Shown here in pieces: positions 58,173 through 64,000 of a DNA stretch of 64,000 nucleotides. This stretch comes from an uncultured Anaerolineales bacterium. GTDB lineage: Bacteria; Chloroflexota; Anaerolineae; B4-G1; SLSP01. Each line of letters starts with the position of its first letter. Positions within the stretch are counted from its first letter, which is position 1. The notes under the pieces were generated by a model. The model was not told where the DNA came from. It saw only the letters and a list, made by a program, of their open reading frames with translations, and searched no databases. The DNA lies in the NCBI GenBank assembly GCA_964504195.1, contig CAZDDI010000004.1:23328-87327 (forward strand), written 5' to 3'. A program made the position numbers and the translations under genes.

Positions 58173-58727
58173 TTACGACACAGGCCACAAGCGCTTTGCC
58201 ATCATAATATCGGGCTTGCCTGGGCCATTGGCATCTGGAACAACTCCCACGATGGTGTAGCCCAGCTTCTGGTAGAACGAGTAGGGATGCCCCTTGAGGT
58301 TTTGAATCCGCGCGATGTGACCCCATAAGTCGGTGTAGAGATCCACCCCGGAGAGCGAGGTCATGTCATCCTCATCATCCGTGCCCAGATAGAGCGTGAG
58401 CACGCCCCGCGCCGCGACCTGCGCTTCCAGGTCTTCAACCAACGCCCGCCCGATGCCCTTGCCACGCTGATCCGCGCGCACTACTAGCGGATGTAGCTCC
58501 CAGGCATACTCGTACTGCGGCTGCGCCCCCACCCATCCCAGCACCACATCCCCCTCAACAGCGATGCGGTTGAGGTTACCTTCAGCCAGGGTTTCGTGGA
58601 CTTCTTCCAGGGCCGCTTCCAGTGTGGGCCAACCGTTGGGCCAATGCTCGGCAAAGCCTTCTACCAACAAACGCGCTGCTTGTTGGATGGCGAATTCATC
58701 ATCGGGACGCAAATCGCATAAGTGCAT
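58173..58727 (-). CDS. GNAT acetyltransferase, AAC(6')-I-like (aminoglycoside 6'-N-acetyltransferase family)
   Basis: RADQRGKGIGRALV ... HPYSFYQKLGYTIVGVVPDANGPGKPDIMMAKRL resembles AAC(6')-I C-terminus; ATG start with RBS GGAGGA. ORF-track start 58745 is TTG. Confidence 0.7.
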   Translation of the reverse strand: MHLCDLRPDDEFAIQQAARLLVEGFAEHWPNGWPTLEAALEEVHETLAEGNLNRIAVEGDVVLGWVGAQPQYEYAWELHPLVVRADQRGKGIGRALVEDLEAQVAARGVLTLYLGTDDEDDMTSLSGVDLYTDLWGHIARIQNLKGHPYSFYQKLGYTIVGVVPDANGPGKPDIMMAKRLWPVS

Positions 58728-58745
58728 CAAGTCCTCCGTAACCAA

Positions 58746-60182
58746 TCATTGCATAGCAGATTTCTTGCGCTTCCCCAGCGTGGCCCAGGCTTTGACCGCC
58801 AAAAATGCAAGCAATGAAACAGGCAACGTCAAAGCCGCAAACAACCAGCTCTTGCTTCCCAGAGACCGCGCGCTGCGAAGATCGTCGGCTAACGGCTCCA
58901 GCGGAACCCGCTGCTCGATTTTGCGCTCCAGGATCTCCAACTGTTTGTTAAGCGCCGCGCGGATTTCGCCCGCTGGCAACAGATCCACCAGCCGGGTCAA
59001 CTCGGTGCGTTTAGCCGGTTTGACCAGATGCTGCTCTTCCAACAATGCCTGGTAAGCCGTGATCGTCATCTGCATGATGTTGCCCCAATCGAGCGGTTGC
59101 ACGCGCTCGCGGGCACGCAGGGCCATCGCCGTATACTCGGCAGACGGCAGATCGCAAATGGCCTGAACGCACCGGGCAAAGTGTGCCGGATCCGTGTCTT
59201 TGGGCAAGCAACAGCCCACAGCATCATCCACCAGCTCATTTATGGTTTCGTTGGCAAGCCCCACCACCGGCGTTGCCGCAGCCAACGCCTCGATAACCAC
59301 CAGGCTTTGCACTTCCATTTTCGAGGCAGATACAAAAACGTGGGTATTGCTCAAATACTCCGGGATGGCCTCATGGCGCACCTGTCCGGTAAGTAGCACC
59401 CGCTGCTGCAAGTCATGCGCAGCAATGAATTCCTGAATCCGTGCAGCATCTTTCTTGGAAAGCGGCTCCCCCACCAGCTGCAAGCGATACGTCTCCGGCA
59501 AGTACCGCAGCATATCCAGCAGGTATAATTGGTTCTTGCGCTTGGTAATGAAGCCGATGAAAGTGAGCATCTTCTCCGGGCTGGTGATGTCGGCCACCGG
59601 GCAAGTGGCATAGCGCGCCAAATCGCGCCCGTTGGGGATGATAAAGATGCGCTTGCGATAGCCAAATTGTTGAATATCGTCCGCTGCACTGTGATTGAGC
59701 GCCACCACTGCGTCGCAGTTATCGTAGAACGTGGTGAGGAAGCGCAGCGCCACCGATTGGGTCACGGAGCTGCGCATCAGCCCCACCGCATCCGTCGCGC
59801 CGAACTCCAGCACCTTGGAGGGGAGCATGTGCGCCGTTTGGACGAAAGGGACACGCCGCATCTTCGCCCAGATTTGCCCCAACAACCCCAGCGGGGTCGG
59901 ATCATGCGCGTGAACAATGTCCGGGTGAAATTCGTTGAGGAAAGTGAAGAGCTTATTGACCGTCCCCGCCGTGATGATCGGGATCGCCACATCCCCACGC
60001 GCCGCGCTGCGGATGCCGAAAACTCGCAGGCCATGTTCGCCCGAGGTCAACCCGGTCTTTTCAGCAGGGCAAATCAGCACGACCTCATGGGCGCGGGAAA
60101 AATACTGAGCGATCTCATGCGCCACCCGGCCCGCCCCGCCGCCAAAATCCTTGCGGAAGAATGAGATGAAAACGATTTTCAT
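58746..60182 (-). CDS. GT4-family glycosyltransferase with C-terminal TM segment
   Basis: GT4 motifs (E..G.P....G); start MKIVFISFF. Confidence 0.7.
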   Translation of the reverse strand: MKIVFISFFRKDFGGGAGRVAHEIAQYFSRAHEVVLICPAEKTGLTSGEHGLRVFGIRSAARGDVAIPIITAGTVNKLFTFLNEFHPDIVHAHDPTPLGLLGQIWAKMRRVPFVQTAHMLPSKVLEFGATDAVGLMRSSVTQSVALRFLTTFYDNCDAVVALNHSAADDIQQFGYRKRIFIIPNGRDLARYATCPVADITSPEKMLTFIGFITKRKNQLYLLDMLRYLPETYRLQLVGEPLSKKDAARIQEFIAAHDLQQRVLLTGQVRHEAIPEYLSNTHVFVSASKMEVQSLVVIEALAAATPVVGLANETINELVDDAVGCCLPKDTDPAHFARCVQAICDLPSAEYTAMALRARERVQPLDWGNIMQMTITAYQALLEEQHLVKPAKRTELTRLVDLLPAGEIRAALNKQLEILERKIEQRVPLEPLADDLRSARSLGSKSWLFAALTLPVSLLAFLAVKAWATLGKRKKSAMQ

Positions 60183-60215
60183 GGGTTGATCCTCAGAAAG
60201 CATGACCTGACGCAA

Positions 60216-60515
60216 CTATGATTGCTCCACCAAACGCCCCGTAACATACTTGTGTAAAACGCTTGCCATAAGCGTTTGATAAGGCAACCCTTCTTCCATA
60301 GCACGCAACTGCAAACCCACCAAATCTTTCTCAGATAGCCGGATATTCACCCGCCGATCTTTCCGAAAAGTCGCGCGCGCGTATTCCTGATATCTGGTTT
60401 GTTCCTCCGGCAAATCAGTAACAGATTCCCATTCATCCGCGTCATACGATGTCAGCAAAGCAACTTCTTCGCTATCCAATTTATACGTTGGCATGAGTCT
60501 ATTTCTCCTTTCCAA
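60216..60515 (-). CDS. brnA: BrnA-like antitoxin (RHH/CopG family)
   Basis: DSEEVALLTSYDADEWESV...RVNIRLSEKDLVGLQLRAMEEGLPYQTLMASVLHKYVTG. Confidence 0.7.
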   Translation of the reverse strand: MERRNRLMPTYKLDSEEVALLTSYDADEWESVTDLPEEQTRYQEYARATFRKDRRVNIRLSEKDLVGLQLRAMEEGLPYQTLMASVLHKYVTGRLVEQS

Positions 60516-60783
60516 AATACTTTCGAGTGGCCTTCCGACTTGGGATAATGGTTTTCAGAAATACTTCGGTCTCTGACTCCACAAATGGCACCAAATAGGC
60601 ATAATTAGCTACTGCCACAATAAAAATACGTTGTCTCGGATATTGTACAGGATTAGGGTGTGCGACTATATCCAGCAAGCCACCGGTTTCAATGTGATAG
60701 ACGATCTGCTCAAAAGAAATATGGCGTTCTTCGCGTAATTGCTCGTTTTTCACAGGATTCCAAACAAAGTATTTCATACTCAT
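60499..60783 (-). CDS. brnT: BrnT-like toxin (DUF497 ribonuclease)
   Basis: FVWNPVKNEQLREERHISFEQI; overlaps brnA start. Confidence 0.7.
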   Translation of the reverse strand: MSMKYFVWNPVKNEQLREERHISFEQIVYHIETGGLLDIVAHPNPVQYPRQRIFIVAVANYAYLVPFVESETEVFLKTIIPSRKATRKYFGKEK

Positions 60784-60881
60784 ATTTTATCACGTTGTGT
60801 GCTCTTTGGCAACAGAGTGAACTCAAGAGACAGCACGCAATGGGTGCTGTCTCTTGAGTTGATGTGAGTGCTACTTCGCTT

Positions 60882-61472
60882 CTATTGATTCGCCGCGTCC
60901 CATCCCAAGCGGAACGCAACCTTATTAACCGCCTCATACTTCGGCGGAACGCGCTTGAGGATGGCGGCCTCCCACACCTGCGGATCGGTCTCCAGCATGG
61001 CGGAGAGTGCGGCGAGCATGATAGTGTTCACCGCACGCGCGTTGCCGGCCTGTTCCGCAAGCGGCAGCGCATCCACCACCGCCACTTTGCCCGCCCGTTG
61101 ACGCAACGCCGTGAGGATGTCCGCCTCCGCCGGGTAGAGGACATCGCCCACGCTTACCGACATCGGCGTAATCTGCTGCCGGTTGACCAGCACGATACCG
61201 CCGGGCTTGAGCCACTCAATCCAGCGGGCGGCTTCCAACAGCTCGAAAGCCATCAGCACATCCACCGTGCCCTTCTCGCACGTCGGCGAGCCAACGCTCT
61301 CCGCCCAGCGGATGTGGCTCTCGACCACGCCACCGCGCTGCGCGAACCCGTGAATCTCCGATTTCTTCGCATCCAGTCCCAAATCCACACCCACCTGGGC
61401 AGCAATATCGGAAGCGGTCAGCACCCCTTGCCCACCGACTCCGACGAAAAGAAAGTTCATGTTTCCTACCAT
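60882..61472 (-). CDS. iorB: Indolepyruvate/2-oxoacid:ferredoxin oxidoreductase beta (gamma-like) subunit
   Basis: GVGGQGVLTASDI motif. Confidence 0.75.
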   Translation of the reverse strand: MVGNMNFLFVGVGGQGVLTASDIAAQVGVDLGLDAKKSEIHGFAQRGGVVESHIRWAESVGSPTCEKGTVDVLMAFELLEAARWIEWLKPGGIVLVNRQQITPMSVSVGDVLYPAEADILTALRQRAGKVAVVDALPLAEQAGNARAVNTIMLAALSAMLETDPQVWEAAILKRVPPKYEAVNKVAFRLGWDAANQ

Positions 61473-61545
61473 GACGCCTCCTGAGCGCTACAATTCAAAT
61501 TAAGTTTTATCTTGCAAACTAAACTTCAGGGTAGGCGTGGATATT

Positions 61546-61735
61546 CCCCCTCTTCCCCCCAGCCCCCCTTCTCCCCCACGCGGACGTGGGAGAAGGGGGA
61601 TTTTTTTTGTTAGGGTTTTTGCAGGCGGGCGAAGCCCGCCTGCAAAAACCCTTTATTTTATCTCCCCCCTCCCCGGCGTCTGCGCTGGGGAGGGGGGCAA
61701 GGGGGGTGGGAGAAATTCTCCCCACCATATTATTC
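61546..61735 (+). ncRNA. GC-rich tandem-hairpin element, copy 2 (hairpin A + U8 + hairpin B + C-rich hairpin)
   Basis: cccttctccc/gggagaaggg + tttttttt + gcaggcgggc-gaa-gcccgcctgc; matches copy 1 structure with compensatory changes. Confidence 0.4.
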
Positions 61736-61993
61736 AACAAACAAGATTTACAACCAGACTACACTGCTCCACTTGCCGCTCGCGCAACCACTGCTGGACA
61801 GTCTCATCGGATGGCGCGGGTTGTGAGGTTACCAACAACCCCAATGCGCGCGGCAATGTTGGCTCACGCTGCGATTTTTCCTGCACCTGAGGCAACGTGT
61901 TGATCACATCACGCACCAGGGTCAAGCGCTGGTCTGGCGGCCAACGCATGATTTGGGTAATGATATGTTCGTATTCGACCTGATTCAGCGTCA
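61734..61993 (-). CDS. Small hypothetical protein (86 aa)
   Basis: ATG with RBS AGGAG; lies between iorA and iorB. Confidence 0.4.
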
Positions 61994-62016
61994 TGGAGCA
62001 GCTCCTGATATTACAC

Positions 62017-63810
62017 TTATTCGCCGGGACGGATGGCTGTTTGCGGGCAGGTCTGCATACAGACCGTGCAGCCAGTGCAGAGCAGCCGGTCAATGGTGGC
62101 CTTGTGCTTCCCGGTCTTCTCATAAACCTCGTCACTCTTGAGGATGGCCGGGCAACCCACGCGGAAGCACGTCCCGCAGGCCACGCACTTCTCAGCATCC
62201 ACAATCATGCGCGGTTGCAGTTTGAAGTGCGGCGTGAAGACGCACGCGCCTCGCACAATCATCACCGCCGGGCCGCCCTCATGGTCGAGCGTCTCGCGGA
62301 GCGCCGTGTTGACACCTTTCACGTCCCAAGCGTTCACCTCGGTCAGCTGCGCCACGCCCAATCCCCGACATACCCCGGCAATATCAATCTCGACCGCGTC
62401 CTCGCCCTGCAACGTCTTGCCCGTGCTGGGATTGTGCTGCTGCCCCGTCATCGCCGTGATGCGGTTATCCAGCACAGCCACAGCGATGTTGGCCCGGTTG
62501 TAGACCGCGCCCGCCAGCGGCGACAGGCCCGAATGGAAGAAGGTGCTATCGCCAATCGTGGCGACGGCCTTCTCCTGCCCGCCCGCCTGGCGGAACCCGT
62601 GCGCCATACCGATGCTGGCTCCCATCGAAATCAGCATATCCATCGAGCGGAACGGCTCCAGCACACCCATCGAATAACAACCAATGTCCCCGGCGATGAC
62701 GACCTTGTTGCGGTTGCGCCGCAGGTTGTAGAAAAACGCGCGATGCGGACAACCGGGACACAGCGCGGGCGAGCGCGCCGGAACAGTTACCTCGCTTAGT
62801 GGGGCGACGAGCTCCGGCAATGTCCCTTCAATCAGCCCGGCCTTGAGCGCGCCAGCGCGCACGTTGGAGAGCGTCAACTCGCCGCACAGCGGGAAAATAT
62901 CTTTGCCGTGGGCGACCGGAATCCCGGCAGCCCGCAGCTGATCTTCGATGAACGGATCAAGCTCTTCCACCACAATCAGGGTCTCCACCTGCGCGGCGAA
63001 GTCGCGGATTTTCTGCATCGGCAGCGGATAGCTCATGCCCAATTTGAGGATCGAAGCGCCGGCAAAGACCTCGCGGGCATATTGGTAGGCGATACCGGTG
63101 GTGATAATGCCCAGCCGCTTGTCGCCCCAGGTAATGTGGTTGATCTCAGCAGTCTCCGCCCACGCGGCCACGTCGAGCAGGCGTTGCTCGATTTCCGGGT
63201 GGCGCTTGCGGGCAATCGCCGGGATGATGACGCGGGTAATCTCTTCCTCACGCTCGAACTTGGGCAGCGGCTCGAACTCGCGCGGGACTGGCGGCAGCAT
63301 CTCCACCGGCGACTTGGAGTGCGAGATGCGCGTGGTGGGTCGCAACATGACCGGCGTGCGGAACCGCTCACTTACTTCTATCGCCACGCGCATCAAACGG
63401 CGCGCGTCCTCGCTATCAGCTGGATCAAGGCAGGGGAACTTGCCGAAGCGCGCGTACTGGCGATTGTCCTGCTCGTTCTGCGAGGAGAACGCCCCGGCGT
63501 CATCCGCGCTCACCAGCACCAGCCCACCCTGCGTGCCCGTGTACGAGAGCGACATCAGGCTATCAGCGGCCACGTTGACGCCGACGTGCTTCATCACCGC
63601 AATCGTGCGTGCTCCGCCAAAGGACGCGCCGATGGCATTATCGAGCGCCACTTTTTCGTTGGCAGCCCACTCCGCCTTGACGCCAGAGTAGCGGGCCAGA
63701 TTTTCGAGAATCTCGGTCGAAGGCGTGCCAGGATAGGCCGAGGCGTACTGCACACCCGCCTCCCACGCCCCCAGCGCCATGGCTTCATTGCCGGAGAGTA
63801 ATACCTTCAT
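62017..63810 (-). CDS. iorA: Indolepyruvate ferredoxin oxidoreductase alpha subunit (TPP + 2x[4Fe-4S])
   Basis: TPP GDIGCY motif; C-terminal CxxCxxCxxxCP ferredoxin motifs; start MKVLLSGNEA with RBS AGGAGG. Confidence 0.85.
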   Translation of the reverse strand: MKVLLSGNEAMALGAWEAGVQYASAYPGTPSTEILENLARYSGVKAEWAANEKVALDNAIGASFGGARTIAVMKHVGVNVAADSLMSLSYTGTQGGLVLVSADDAGAFSSQNEQDNRQYARFGKFPCLDPADSEDARRLMRVAIEVSERFRTPVMLRPTTRISHSKSPVEMLPPVPREFEPLPKFEREEEITRVIIPAIARKRHPEIEQRLLDVAAWAETAEINHITWGDKRLGIITTGIAYQYAREVFAGASILKLGMSYPLPMQKIRDFAAQVETLIVVEELDPFIEDQLRAAGIPVAHGKDIFPLCGELTLSNVRAGALKAGLIEGTLPELVAPLSEVTVPARSPALCPGCPHRAFFYNLRRNRNKVVIAGDIGCYSMGVLEPFRSMDMLISMGASIGMAHGFRQAGGQEKAVATIGDSTFFHSGLSPLAGAVYNRANIAVAVLDNRITAMTGQQHNPSTGKTLQGEDAVEIDIAGVCRGLGVAQLTEVNAWDVKGVNTALRETLDHEGGPAVMIVRGACVFTPHFKLQPRMIVDAEKCVACGTCFRVGCPAILKSDEVYEKTGKHKATIDRLLCTGCTVCMQTCPQTAIRPGE

Positions 63811-64000
63811 GCAAAAAACCTCCTTTGCAAATCTACAAATCAGCAAATCTCAAATCAAATTACACTGATAACTTAACGCGAACTCTAGTTTGCTCTCTTG
63901 CGGCTATTATCGTCATAGATTGCGATAAGCTTCGCCACGAGGGGCAATACGCATCAGGCATCCAACAAACCCTCAGTAACCAATTCAGCGCGCACCTCGC

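Noticed and set aside
59529-60164. 211-aa + strand ORF and 62908-63801 297-aa + ORF
   Set aside because: Antisense to the GT4 glycosyltransferase and iorA respectively, with Arg/His-rich low-complexity translations.
63850-64000. Possible partial minus-strand gene at the right edge
   Set aside because: Only ~45 codons of open frame without recognisable motifs, so coding cannot be separated from intergenic sequence.

Overview
A high-GC (~60-65%) bacterial chromosomal segment, probably Chloroflexota-like (inference from composition, Pro/Thr-rich linkers and gene content), carrying about 60 protein-coding genes and no rRNA, tRNA or CRISPR array that I can see. Recognisable modules are listed here. 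(1) A truncated DUF11-type surface repeat protein at the left edge, followed by an MBL-fold hydrolase, a TPR lipoprotein, an S33 alpha/beta-hydrolase and a LysM+CAP lipoprotein. (2) A multidomain PHP-sCache-PAS-CBS-nucleotidyltransferase sensor. (3) A ~2.4 kb low-GC island at 16.5-18.9 kb with an ABC-type ATPase, a small PD-(D/E)xK-like protein and two further small ORFs, which I read as a candidate novel two-gene defence/abortive-infection-like module. (4) A DUF485 (yjcH-like)-SSS symporter pair, a CPBP protease and an ANT(2'')-like nucleotidyltransferase. (5) A metV-metF-metH one-carbon/methionine operon. (6) A thiol/redox stress cluster with a TlpA-like thioredoxin, OsmC, a cupin, DUF2892, TrxB and PDO. 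(7) Two deoxynucleoside-kinase paralogs flanking GAF histidine kinases. (8) An ECF sigma factor with a very unusual anti-sigma/alpha-2-macroglobulin-like fusion. Directly downstream of it lie a membrane-anchored Cys-Tyr-repeat protein translationally coupled to a radical-SAM/SPASM maturase, plus DUF4349 and DUF4139 genes, with a shared ECF-type promoter motif. (9) An AAC(6')-like GNAT, a GT4 glycosyltransferase, a brnTA toxin-antitoxin pair and iorAB. Several families of non-coding repeats recur: a MITE-like element (3 copies, one inserted into an RHS-core pseudogene), identical palindromic 'CGTAATGCGTACTGCGTAAT' hairpins inside two operons, GTCGTCCGTCGTC REP-like hairpins, a 'TTCGCCATTCGCCATT' 5'-leader motif before four genes, and a ~130-nt GC-rich tandem-hairpin element present twice with compensatory stem changes. 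Many long ORFs in the six-frame track are antisense artefacts of the high GC content and are rejected.
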